38,515 nucleotides of DNA from Ignavibacteria bacterium. Its GTDB lineage: Bacteria > Bacteroidota > Ignavibacteria > Tepidaquicellales > OLB5. The DNA is taken from assembly GCA_026417195.1 (NCBI GenBank), contig JAOADS010000003.1:1-38515 (forward strand), read 5' to 3'. A program made the position numbers and the translations under genes. Below are positions 1 to 8,891 of this stretch, in pieces. Numbering within the stretch: the first letter of the stretch is position 1; every line of letters starts with the position of its first letter. The notes under the pieces were generated by a model. It saw only the letters and a program-made list of their open reading frames with translations. It did not search any database and was not told where the DNA came from.

Positions 1-17
1 ATGTGTATAAGAGACAG
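1..17. other. Tn5/Nextera mosaic-end adapter remnant at the contig end (library artefact, not genomic)
   Basis: Bases 1-17 ATGTGTATAAGAGACAG are identical to the last 17 nt of the 19-nt Tn5 mosaic end AGATGTGTATAAGAGACAG and sit flush with the window edge. Confidence 0.9.
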
Positions 18-2264
18 GTTTATTGCAGTCCTTACTGTTGATGCTATGGAAGTTGTATTTAGTTTATACAGTGATGCTCTTTCCCTGTCAATATCTATTT
101 TAATTTCCGGTCTTCCTGCATCATAATCGTCTTTCAGATCAGCTATGCCCGGGATAGTCTGAATTTCTCTTTTAATTCTGTCAGCCAGCTCACCAAGAAC
201 AGTAAAATCATTCCCGGATATTTCAATATTCACAGGAGGACCTGTAGGCGGGCCAGCCTGTTGTTTGCTAATTCTCACGTCAGCAGTTGTTATTCCTTCA
301 ATAACATCACGGATTTCATCTATAGTTTTAAATGAACTTTGGGATCGCTTCTCTTTATCAAGAAAATTAATTGTAATTGTAGCTACATTCATTTTACTTC
401 CTCCCCCTCCTGTAAACCCTCCGCCTATTTCACTACCTACATTTGTCACATAATATTCTATGTCTTTAAATTGTTTTAGCTTTTCCTCTACCAACATAGC
501 AGCCAGATTAGTTTTATCAACTCCGGTTCCTTCAGGATAAACAATATATATAAAAGCCTGCTGAGGTTCTACATTTGGGAAAAACTCAACTCCTTTGCTG
601 AAGCTTCCGAAAAGAACAAACACTATAATTAAAATCATAAAGGTGCCTGACAAAGTAAGTGCCTTATGTCTTATAGTAAATCTTAAAACCTTCTCATAAT
701 GAACTATAACCTTTTCAAAAAATTCATTGAAGCTGACGTGAATCCTGTGAAATAAATTAAACTTACTTAGCTTTCCAGATTTTTCATGATCCCGCCTGTA
801 ATTTATAAACTGTGACGCTAAAACCGGACTTATCACAAGAGCCGTAAATAAAGAGGCAAAAAGACATACTATAAGCGTAATAGGCAGATACTTCATAAAC
901 TCCCCGACTATACCCGGGAAAAAAAGAAGCGGGAAGAAAGAAGAAATTATAGTAAGCGTTGCAATTAAAACTGGGATCTGAACTTCCCTCGGACCTTCAA
1001 GTGATGCTTGGAGAGGATTTAATCCTTCCTTTTCCTGTAGTCTGTATATATTTTCAGTAACAACTATTGCGTCATCAACTATAATACCAAGCACAAGAAT
1101 AAGAGAAAACAATACTACCATGTTCAGTGTAATACCCATCATACTCAAGACACTGAATGCTATCAGAAAAGAAATAGGTATGGAAAGTGATACGAGAAAT
1201 GCATTTTTAAAACCCATAGCAAGAAACAAAATGAGGGTAACTAATAACACCCCTGTTATAATTCCGTTCTCAAGCTCATGAACCGTATTCCTTATGAATT
1301 TAGACTGATCCCCCGTGAAACTGTATTTCAGTCCTGCAGGGAAATTCTGTTCTTCACTTTTCAAGAGTTCCTTAACTTCATCGGCTATTCTTATTATATT
1401 TTCACCGCTTCGCTTTTTTACAACTAGAGTTACAGCTTCCACACCGTTTTCCCGTGCATAAGAAGTTCTCTGTTTAAATCCGTACTCCACTCGAGCCACA
1501 TCTCTCACGTATACTGGTTGTCCCATAGGAGTCTTGACAATAAGATTATTCAATAGCTCCGGATCAGATATTTCGCCCGGTACTCTTACAAGATAATTAA
1601 GTTTCCCGACATCAACGCTTCCGCCCGGAATACTTTGATTTTCAGACTTAACAGAATTGACAATATCATTAAAACTCACACCATAATATTTCATCCTGTT
1701 TGCATCAGCATTAATCTTAACTTCCCTTTCTAAACCTCCTGACACTGTTACTTCAAGGACACCGGGTATAGCTTCAATTTTATCTGCAAGTTTATCGCCC
1801 ACATCTTTTAGTTTCTCTAACCCAAACTCTCCTGTGAGGTTAACATAAAGCATAGGAGATTCAGAAAAATTAATTTCAGATATTACCGGCTCTTCTATAT
1901 CAGCTGGCATCTTTGTCTTTGCAGTAGACACCTTATCTCTTACTTTCTGTAAAGCGTCTTCAATTTTTACATTAGGGTTAAATTCCACAATAACCTGAGA
2001 AAAGCTTTCTCTTGAAACCGAAGTAATTTTCTTAATATCTTTTATGCTTTTAACTTCAGTTTCTATTTTCTGGCTAACAAGACTTTCTATATCCTGAGGT
2101 GACACTCCGAAATATGCAGTTGATATGAACACATAGGGTATTGTAATTGAAGGTGCTGCTTCTTTGGGAAGTGACATATAGGAAAATGCACCAGCGAAAA
2201 TTATTATTACCAGAAGTATATAGACTGTTACCCTGTTTTTAACTGCAAATTTAGCTACGTTCAT
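18..2264 (-). CDS. RND (AcrB/HAE1-type) efflux transporter permease; N-terminal ~750 aa, 3' end cut by the window edge
   Basis: Not in the ORF track because there is no stop in the window. Hand translation from ATG at 2262-2264 gives MNVAKFAVKNRVTVYILLVIIIFAGAFSYMSLPKEAAPSITIPYVFISTAYFGVSPQDIESLVSQKIETEVKSI..., a typical AcrB-family N-terminus (TM1 followed by the periplasmic porter domain). The frame is still open at the left edge (...IKIDIDRERASLYKLNTTSIASTVRTAIN). It lies downstream of the MFP and TolC-like genes. Confidence 0.9.
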
Positions 2265-2284
2265 TCTCTTTGACTGAAATTTGA

Positions 2285-3379
2285 TTATTCAATAACCTGA
2301 ACCTTATCTCCGTCGCTAAGTTGCTGAAATCCTTCATAAATCAGCTTATCCCCAGACTTCAGACCTGAGCTAATTAAAACATTATTCCCGTCTCTGCCTC
2401 CTATTATCACGTTTTTTCTCCTTGCCTGATCCCCTTCCATAACAAAAACAAATTTATCTGTCCCGTTATCTGTGACGTAATCCTGAGGAAGAACGATCGC
2501 ATCGCTTAAAGACAGTTGTATAACTGATACATCTACACTCATTTCCGGTTTAAGAAGTCTCTGCCTGTTATTTATTACTACTTCTATTTCAAATGTTCTG
2601 TTTGATGTATTAATAGATGGAGAGATATAAGTTACCTTGCCTTCAAACTCAATTCCCGGAAGAACATTACATGTCACTTTCACTTTCTGTCCCTGTTTAA
2701 TCTCGTTAACATATCTTTCAGGAATGCCTGCTGAAACCTTTACACTTGAAATATCTATAACACTTAAAATAGGTGAACCGGGTGCTGTCATTTCACCCCT
2801 GTTCATATATTTTTCATTGACAACTCCGCTTATGGGAGAGCGTATAAATCCAGTCTTTAATCTCGTTTTAAGAATCTCTGTACTTCTGACTGCAGCTTCA
2901 TATTGCCATTTAGCAGTAAGATACTGGATTTCTGTTGTAGCATTTTCTTCATAAAGTTGTTTCTGCTTCTCATAATTAATCCTGGCAAGTTCAAGCTGTG
3001 CTTCATTCTGCTGGAGAGTTGCAAGTTCAACATCTTTCTTTATTCTTGCAATAAGTTCTCCCTTTCTCACGAAGCTCCCTTTTTCTTTATTCAGGCTTAC
3101 TATTAACCCCCCTTCTTCAGATGATATCTTTGCGGAAGCAAAAGGCTTAACAGTACCCACAACAGTCAGTAAACTGTTAAACTGACCCGGTTTAATTTCA
3201 GTTACCTTGACATATGATGTCTTTTTTTGTTCACTTTCTTTCCTTGTTTCAGCTCCTCCGTCTCCGCTGCATCCATTAATCGAGACAGAGAAAATAATAA
3301 GAATTATCACATACAGTTTTTTTAATACTAAAGTATTCCGGTTATTTTTCAAGTAATTCCTCCAGTTCAGTTCTTGCAA
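2285..3379 (-). CDS. RND efflux membrane-fusion protein (periplasmic adaptor, HlyD/AcrA family), lipoprotein
   Basis: 364-aa ORF with lipobox SINGC|SGD, a coiled-coil region (ELATLQQNEAQLELARINYEKQKQLYE) and beta-barrel/MP domains. It is 20 nt upstream of the RND gene. Start is uncertain: TTG at 3379 overlaps the TolC-like gene by 38 nt, while an in-frame TTG at 3352 gives a more normal signal peptide (MKNNRNTLVLKKLYVIILIIFSVSINGC). Confidence 0.85.
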   Translation of the reverse strand: MQELNWRNYLKNNRNTLVLKKLYVIILIIFSVSINGCSGDGGAETRKESEQKKTSYVKVTEIKPGQFNSLLTVVGTVKPFASAKISSEEGGLIVSLNKEKGSFVRKGELIARIKKDVELATLQQNEAQLELARINYEKQKQLYEENATTEIQYLTAKWQYEAAVRSTEILKTRLKTGFIRSPISGVVNEKYMNRGEMTAPGSPILSVIDISSVKVSAGIPERYVNEIKQGQKVKVTCNVLPGIEFEGKVTYISPSINTSNRTFEIEVVINNRQRLLKPEMSVDVSVIQLSLSDAIVLPQDYVTDNGTDKFVFVMEGDQARRKNVIIGGRDGNNVLISSGLKSGDKLIYEGFQQLSDGDKVQVIE

Positions 3380-4646
3380 TTAAAAAATCATAAACTGCCT
3401 GCAGATAGGCAAGTCTAACCTTGTTTAAAGTTAATTCAGCATCAAGCACATCTATCTGATTGAGCACTCCGTTTTTATAACTAACAGATGCCAGTTCATA
3501 TCCTCTCTGGGCTACATTGACCAGTTCAGACTGTGTCTTTATCCTGTTTCTGGCATCTTCCAATTTTAGAATTACATTCTGTGTCTGGGTCTTTAGAAGT
3601 TCCTTTGTTTTCTGAATCTGCTCCTGGTTTTTCTTTATTTCAATCAGTGTCTGATCTTCTTTATATGAATTCCTGAAAACATTCAGATTCCACGTAAGCC
3701 CTATGCCTGCAACTATGGAATTATAAAAACGATAATCTTTTATAGATCTCCCGTCATTTTCATTAGTCTGAAGTTGATATTGCCCGAACAGGTATAGCTT
3801 CGGTAAATAATTCGCATAATCAACTTCTGCCAGTTGTTGATTGATTTTCAGGTTATATTTCAGTTGTCTCAGGGATATATGTTCGCTTGAAACCTTCCGG
3901 ATAATCTCATCACTACTTCCCCAGACCTCAAGGCTGTCGTAAGTCAATTCACCTTTAACATCTATATCCTCTTCGCCTTTTAAGCCTAATGTATTTTTAA
4001 GAACTTTTTTTGCAATCAGAAGATTATTTTCAGATTGCGCAAGCTGTGGTTTAAGTGTTTCTGTCTGAACTCTTGCCCTGATATAATCATACTCAAGCGC
4101 AACACCGGCTTTGTAACGTGCTTCAACTACTCTTAGATTTTCTTCCGAGTTCTCCAGACTCTTTTTATTAACTTTCACTATCTCTTTGAGAAGCAGGACG
4201 TTATAAAAGTATTTTTTAACTTCTGACTTTATTTTAATCTCCGACATCCTGGCATTTTCTTCCTGAAGATTTTTATAATATTTCGCTATCCTGATGCCTG
4301 TAAAAACCGGAGTACCTAAAATCGGAATAGGTTCTGATACGTCTATAACAGTGGTTAGACTGTTATCCGCACCTATCTCGAAGTTTTGTCCGAAAATATT
4401 TATGGTCTGCTTCATAACAGACCTTGTATAACGTGAACTAAGTGTCAGGTTTGGTATAAGGCTCTCACTATATACCTCAGATATTTTCCTTTCTGCTTTT
4501 AATATTTCCAGTTCAGATATTCTTACATCTGGATTATTTTTCATTGCAATATTTATTGCATCTGTAAGTGAAAGTTCCGTCTTCTGACAAAAACTCACCA
4601 ATGGTAAAAGAAAGATTATAGTCAGAGTAATTATTACAGTTTTCAT
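3342..4646 (-). CDS. TolC-family outer-membrane efflux protein
   Basis: 434 aa with signal peptide MKTVIITLTIIFLLPLVSFCQ. Two-repeat helical/beta architecture typical of OEP/TolC (LSLTDAINIAMKNNPDVRISE...; YLPKLYLFGQYQ...). First structural gene of the efflux operon. Confidence 0.8.
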   Translation of the reverse strand: MKTVIITLTIIFLLPLVSFCQKTELSLTDAINIAMKNNPDVRISELEILKAERKISEVYSESLIPNLTLSSRYTRSVMKQTINIFGQNFEIGADNSLTTVIDVSEPIPILGTPVFTGIRIAKYYKNLQEENARMSEIKIKSEVKKYFYNVLLLKEIVKVNKKSLENSEENLRVVEARYKAGVALEYDYIRARVQTETLKPQLAQSENNLLIAKKVLKNTLGLKGEEDIDVKGELTYDSLEVWGSSDEIIRKVSSEHISLRQLKYNLKINQQLAEVDYANYLPKLYLFGQYQLQTNENDGRSIKDYRFYNSIVAGIGLTWNLNVFRNSYKEDQTLIEIKKNQEQIQKTKELLKTQTQNVILKLEDARNRIKTQSELVNVAQRGYELASVSYKNGVLNQIDVLDAELTLNKVRLAYLQAVYDFLIARTELEELLEK

Positions 4647-4647
4647 A

Positions 4648-5265
4648 TTATTTCAGTGCTTTTTCAAGTAATTTCTTTTTATTGGAATACTTTCTTCTGC
4701 CTGTCTCTGTAAATATTCCGCTTAAAAATATCTCCGATGTAATTTTCATTGCATCGTGAAAAGAATATTTGCTGTTGTAGATAAAGTCTGAGCTGGTAAC
4801 AGCTTCAATTGCACCGTTTAATGCTGTGATTAAAATGTCTGCAGGAACATTTACCACGACCTTTTCACGTTTACCCTGCAGAAGAAGTTTTGACATAATT
4901 CTGGTGATCTTCTCTGAACGGAGCTTATCCATTTTAAGCTTAAGATGAGGGGCATGAACTTCAATGTCCCTGAACCAATGGGGAGAGCAGTTAAGACTAA
5001 AGGTTTTCTGACAACTGATTAACTTTAAAAATTTAGTTATCGTATCGTCTTCCGAATCAACAATTTCATCTAGAAGTTTGTTTATATTGCTTATCCTCAT
5101 ATCCATAACTTCATCAAGAAGCCTAGCTTTGGAAGGGAAGTATTTGTAGATAGTCTTTTTGCTTATCTTCAGTTCTGAAGCTATCTCATCTATGCTTGTT
5201 TTATAAAATCCTTCTTTAATAAACTTATCGTGAGAAAAGTTTAATATTTTGTTCTTGTCTGACAA
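4648..5265 (-). CDS. TetR/AcrR-family transcriptional regulator (probable efflux-operon repressor)
   Basis: 205 aa with N-terminal HTH FIKEGFYKTSIDEIASELKISKKTIYKYFPSK. TTG start (caa at 5263-5265). Its stop is 1 nt from the TolC-like start. Confidence 0.85.
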   Translation of the reverse strand: MSDKNKILNFSHDKFIKEGFYKTSIDEIASELKISKKTIYKYFPSKARLLDEVMDMRISNINKLLDEIVDSEDDTITKFLKLISCQKTFSLNCSPHWFRDIEVHAPHLKLKMDKLRSEKITRIMSKLLLQGKREKVVVNVPADILITALNGAIEAVTSSDFIYNSKYSFHDAMKITSEIFLSGIFTETGRRKYSNKKKLLEKALK

Positions 5266-5268
5266 CTA

Positions 5269-5298
5269 TGGAAACTTTTTTAGTTTTTTAAGTTTCCA
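5269..5298 (-). promoter_or_regulatory. Inverted repeat TGGAAACTT-N12-AAGTTTCCA; candidate TetR operator
   Basis: Perfect 9-bp arms at 5269-5277 and 5290-5298, 4 nt upstream of the tetR TTG start. On the minus strand a near -7 box TATATTGG (5296-5303) abuts it. Confidence 0.4.
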
Positions 5299-5382
5299 AT
5301 ATAACGTTTTAAAAATAATAAAACAATAATGAATTTAATGTGGTTGTCACAGGCGGGTGGCAGATCTCTACCGGAGGTAAAT

Positions 5383-5883
5383 TTACTCTGTAACAATAAA
5401 CTCTCTTATCTTCTCAAATTTTTTTTCTCCTATACCTTTTACTTTCATTATTTCTTCAGGTCTTTTAAACCTGCCTTTTGTTTCCCTGTATTCAATTATT
5501 CTCTCGGCGGTAACTTTACCTATGCCTGGCAGCAATTCCAGATCAGACTGTAAAGCTGAATTTATGTTGATTTTCGTCCCTATAGGCAGCTTCTCTTTAG
5601 AGGAGCTGTTCCTGTCTTTTTCAGCTATCAGACTGTCAGCATAAGTTCTTATCAACTTCGTCCTTTCAATTATTTCATCAGACTTCCTCTGTCTTTCAAG
5701 TTCCTCAAAGGATTTTTTAATCTGCTCCTCAAATTTCTTATCCGATTCAGTATAACTGAAAGTATCTGGTTTCCTGAAGTCAGATATCTTCAATACCAAA
5801 CCAGTAATGAAACTGACCATCAGAAAAGCAATAACCACAAGTTCATTTTTTGTAAGTCCCAGCTTTCTTAGATGCTTTAACAT
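5383..5883 (-). CDS. comEA: ComEA-like helix-hairpin-helix DNA-binding protein, membrane anchored
   Basis: 166 aa with an N-terminal TM segment (LVVIAFLMVSFITGLVL) and a C-terminal HhH pair: NINSALQSDLELLPGIGKVTAERIIEYRETKGRFKRPEEIMKVKGIGEKKFEKI. Confidence 0.8.
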   Translation of the reverse strand: MLKHLRKLGLTKNELVVIAFLMVSFITGLVLKISDFRKPDTFSYTESDKKFEEQIKKSFEELERQRKSDEIIERTKLIRTYADSLIAEKDRNSSSKEKLPIGTKININSALQSDLELLPGIGKVTAERIIEYRETKGRFKRPEEIMKVKGIGEKKFEKIREFIVTE

Positions 5884-5884
5884 C

Positions 5885-7054
5885 TCATCTCAGGTTTTCT
5901 TTTATCTTACTGAAGAATCCCTTACGCTTTTCTTTTTTTTTACCATCAGGACTGATGTTAGGGCTTTTGGAAAGTTCAACGAAGAGTTCTTTCTCTTTTG
6001 AATTGAGTTTTGTAGGAATGTAAACATCAATATGCACTAACTGATCACCCCTGCCATGACCGTTAAGATGTTTAATGCCCTTCTCCCTTAACCTGAGAAT
6101 TTTCCCGGGTTGAGTTCCCGGCTCAATCTTCATTATCACATTTCCGCCTAATACAGGCACTTCCTTCTCAGTTCCGAGAACAGCATCTGTCAGGCTTATT
6201 GTCAGGTTATAATGTATATCATCGTTATTTCTTATGAAAAAATCATGCTCCAGCTCTTCAATTAATATTATCATATCTCCGGATAAACCACCTCTGATTC
6301 CTGCATCACCCTGACTTCTGAGAGAAATATAATGTCCGGTTGAAACTCCCGCAGGGATTTTTACTTTAATTGTAGCATCTTTTCTTACACGTCCTTCACC
6401 GTGACAATCATGACATTTATCTTTAATAAGTTTTCCTTCGCCTCCGCAAACGTTACAGACCTGTATATTAATAAACTGCCCAAAGACTGAACGTGATATG
6501 TGTCTTACTTCTCCGGTCCCATGGCAATGACTACATTCTACAGTGGATGAATTCCCCCTTGCACCGGAACCATGGCATGAAGAACACTTTTCAAATCTTT
6601 TAACCTTTATGGTTTTCTCAACACCCTCTGCAATCTCTTCAAGTGTAAGCTTCAGGGTAACTCTCAGATCGTTTCCCTGTATTCCTTTCTGCTTATGTCT
6701 TCCTGAATGTCTCTGCGTCCCCCCAGTGCCGAATATTTCATCAAAAATACTTCCCCCGGAAAATATATCACTGAAATGAGAAAATATGTCATTTATGTTT
6801 TCAAATCCTGTATAACCGAAACCGCTGTTTCTTATTCCTTCATGACCAAATCTGTCATATCTGGATCTCTTATCCGGATCTGACAGCACATCATAGGCTT
6901 CAGCAGCTTCTTTGAATTTTTCTTCAGCTTCTTTATCACCCGGATTGCGGTCCGGATGATATTTCATTGCCAGTTTTCTGTAAGCTGTCTTTATTTCAGT
7001 CTCATTGGCATTTCTTGAAACTCCAAGTATTTCGTAGTAATCTCTTTTTGTCAT
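5885..7054 (-). CDS. dnaJ: Molecular chaperone DnaJ (type I Hsp40)
   Basis: J-domain DYYEILGV...KYHPDRNP, a G/F region, and four CxxCxGxG zinc-finger repeats ([32 protein letters not shown]). Confidence 0.95.
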   Translation of the reverse strand: MTKRDYYEILGVSRNANETEIKTAYRKLAMKYHPDRNPGDKEAEEKFKEAAEAYDVLSDPDKRSRYDRFGHEGIRNSGFGYTGFENINDIFSHFSDIFSGGSIFDEIFGTGGTQRHSGRHKQKGIQGNDLRVTLKLTLEEIAEGVEKTIKVKRFEKCSSCHGSGARGNSSTVECSHCHGTGEVRHISRSVFGQFINIQVCNVCGGEGKLIKDKCHDCHGEGRVRKDATIKVKIPAGVSTGHYISLRSQGDAGIRGGLSGDMIILIEELEHDFFIRNNDDIHYNLTISLTDAVLGTEKEVPVLGGNVIMKIEPGTQPGKILRLREKGIKHLNGHGRGDQLVHIDVYIPTKLNSKEKELFVELSKSPNISPDGKKKEKRKGFFSKIKENLR

Positions 7055-7060
7055 TTAATT

Positions 7061-7642
7061 TCACATTTCAGGTTTTGATGAAACGATAACTTTCGCATGT
7101 CTAAGAACTTTATCTTTGAAAAAATAACCTTTCTCAACAGTTTCAAGTATGGTACCTGGTTCTACATCATCAGATGGCTTCTGCATAAGTGCTTCATGTA
7201 ATTCCACGTTAAACTTCTCGCCGGTTGAATTTATTTCCTTTAGACCCTGCTTCCTTAAAATATTAATTAATTTATGATAAATCATTTCTACACCTTTATG
7301 AAAGGCATTGTCATCTTTATCCGTATTGTATGACATCAGGGCTCTCTGAAAATCATCAATTACTGTAAGAAATTCTGTTATCAGTCTCTCGTTTGCATAT
7401 TTAATTAATTCAAACTTTTCTGTCTCTGTTCTTTTTTTGTAGTTTTCAAACTCAGCGGCTTTTCTTAAAAACTGATCTTTTAATTCATCAACTTTCTCCT
7501 GTAACTCCTTAAGCTCAGAATCATGGCCAGCTGCTTTTTCTTCGCTTTGATCCAGTGCAACCTCCTCATCAGTTGCTTTGTTTGTTTCCGTTTTAGTTGT
7601 TATTTCGGTTTTAGTTAATTTATGTTTTTTATCATCCTTCAT
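7061..7642 (-). CDS. grpE: Nucleotide exchange factor GrpE
   Basis: 193 aa with an acidic N-terminus, then LKDQFLRKAAEFENYKKRTE...ANERLITEFLTVIDDFQRAL...GYFFKDKVLRHAKV, typical of GrpE. ATGA start/stop overlap with hrcA. Confidence 0.9.
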   Translation of the reverse strand: MKDDKKHKLTKTEITTKTETNKATDEEVALDQSEEKAAGHDSELKELQEKVDELKDQFLRKAAEFENYKKRTETEKFELIKYANERLITEFLTVIDDFQRALMSYNTDKDDNAFHKGVEMIYHKLINILRKQGLKEINSTGEKFNVELHEALMQKPSDDVEPGTILETVEKGYFFKDKVLRHAKVIVSSKPEM

Positions 7643-8679
7643 AATTTCTCATATTTTAACTTTCCTGAAATGATTTTTGAAGTAAATTCAAGCATGGAAA
7701 CCATTTTGGAATAATCCATGCGTCTTGGGCCGATAAGGGCAATTTTGCCCTTTACTCCATCAGCATTATAAGTAGTAGTCACAACACTGTAATCTGCCAG
7801 CTTTTCATCCTGGTTCTCAGTGCCTATTGATATACCAATTGAATTATCCTTTAACTTTACAGAATTAAGAACATGAACTACAACTTCTTTATCATCTGTT
7901 ATTTCTATAATGTTACGGTAATTCTCTATATCTTCAAATTCTGGCTGGGATGAAATTTCTTTAATACCTCCTATATAAAGCGTCATACCTTCTCTTTCGT
8001 CATTGAATATTTTATCTATTGAATCTGTAAATATCTTTACAAGTTGTCTGGAAGAAGGTTCAACATCCTGCATCCTCTTGCTGAAAGTTAACCTGATCTC
8101 TTTAAGGCTTAACCCTGAAAGTCTTTCATTAAGCAATGATGACAAAACCTCCAGTTTATTTTGAGAGATATCAGACTCCACATCAAACATTAAAGTTCTG
8201 ACATGTCCAGAATGAATTGAAACTATTACAAGTATCCTGGCAGAAGCTAACCGGACAAGTTCAATCTTTTCGAAAAAGCCTTCAGAGAAATAAGGCTGGC
8301 TAACAATACTTATTTCCTTTGAAAGTCTGCCAAGAATCTTTGAAACTTCCTTAAATATATCTTGGGAACTGGGGTCCAGTTCGTTAATGTGTGATTTTAG
8401 TACCATCTCATCTACTTTCTCAAGTGGTTCTAAATCCATAAGCTCATTTACAAAATAACGATATCCTTTATCAGTAGGTACCCTGCCTCCTGAAGTGTGA
8501 TTATGAGTAAGCAAGTTAAGCTCTTCAAGTCCGCTCATTACATTTCTGACAGTTGCTGACGACAAATTCACATCTGGCTTAGCTGATATGCATTTTGAAC
8601 CTACAGGAGTTGCAGACCTGATAAAATCAAGAATAACGTGCTTTAATATCAGTTTCTCTCTCTCGGTAAGTGATTCCAT
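7639..8679 (-). CDS. hrcA: Heat-inducible transcription repressor HrcA
   Basis: 346 aa with N-terminal winged helix LTEREKLILKHVILDFIRSATPVGSKCI. First gene of the hrcA-grpE-dnaJ cluster. Confidence 0.9.
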   Translation of the reverse strand: MESLTEREKLILKHVILDFIRSATPVGSKCISAKPDVNLSSATVRNVMSGLEELNLLTHNHTSGGRVPTDKGYRYFVNELMDLEPLEKVDEMVLKSHINELDPSSQDIFKEVSKILGRLSKEISIVSQPYFSEGFFEKIELVRLASARILVIVSIHSGHVRTLMFDVESDISQNKLEVLSSLLNERLSGLSLKEIRLTFSKRMQDVEPSSRQLVKIFTDSIDKIFNDEREGMTLYIGGIKEISSQPEFEDIENYRNIIEITDDKEVVVHVLNSVKLKDNSIGISIGTENQDEKLADYSVVTTTYNADGVKGKIALIGPRRMDYSKMVSMLEFTSKIISGKLKYEKL

Positions 8680-8682
8680 AAT

Positions 8683-8709
8683 TTAGCACTCAAGAAGTTT
8701 AATTGCCAG
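8683..8709 (-). promoter_or_regulatory. CIRCE-like HrcA operator with one perfect and one degenerate arm
   Basis: The minus strand reads CTGGCAATT-AAACTTCTT-GAGTGCTAA-ATT-ATG(hrcA). The right arm matches the CIRCE consensus GAGTGCTAA 9/9 and the spacer is N9. The left arm matches TTAGCACTC at only 5/9. Confidence 0.45.
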
Positions 8710-8727
8710 ATTAAGAAAACAAGTTCC

Positions 8728-8735
8728 CAAAATTA
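8728..8735 (-). promoter_or_regulatory. Candidate Bacteroidetes-type -7 promoter box (TAATTTTG) for hrcA
   Basis: The plus strand CAAAATTA reads TAATTTTG on the minus strand. A TTG (8756-8758, minus) lies 20 nt upstream. The CIRCE-like element lies between this box and the start codon. Confidence 0.35.
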
Positions 8736-8786
8736 CAATTTTTTAGTAAATCCTGCAACCACAATTAATTAACCTTAAACTTAAAC

Positions 8787-8822
8787 TAACCTGATTACGG
8801 TATAGACTAACCAATCAGGTTA
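8787..8822. promoter_or_regulatory. Perfect 10-bp inverted repeat TAACCTGATT-N16-AATCAGGTTA (operator-like)
   Basis: Arms at 8787-8796 and 8813-8822 in the hrcA / 1217-aa-gene divergent region, ending 3 nt before the candidate -7 box at 8826. ACTAACC also occurs twice, at 8785-8791 and 8806-8812. Confidence 0.3.
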
Positions 8823-8825
8823 CAT

Positions 8826-8833
8826 TAGATTTG
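8826..8833 (+). promoter_or_regulatory. Candidate -7 promoter box (TAGATTTG) for the 1217-aa gene
   Basis: Matches TAnnTTTG, 58 nt upstream of the ATG at 8892. Confidence 0.3.
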
Positions 8834-8891
8834 CTAGTGATTAAAAACGAAATAATTTTTTTAGTTACATAGAAAGGGTGGATATTTAATA

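Noticed and set aside
265-3106. Plus-strand ORFs 265..453, 2637..2954 and 2903..3106.
   Set aside because: They are antisense shadows within the RND pump and MFP genes. Their composition is hydrophobic and low-complexity, as expected from the reverse frame of membrane-protein genes.
5329-5553. 74-aa plus-strand ORF spanning the tetR-comEA spacer.
   Set aside because: Most of it is antisense to comEA, and it has no motif or plausible promoter. I also could not build a convincing terminator hairpin for comEA in 5340-5382 around the AGATCT palindrome.
8680-8891. Search for a second, canonical CIRCE palindrome in the hrcA upstream region.
   Set aside because: Only the single asymmetric element at 8683-8709 resembles CIRCE. 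TTAGATTTGCTAG at 8825-8837 does not fit the consensus and is better read as a -7 box.
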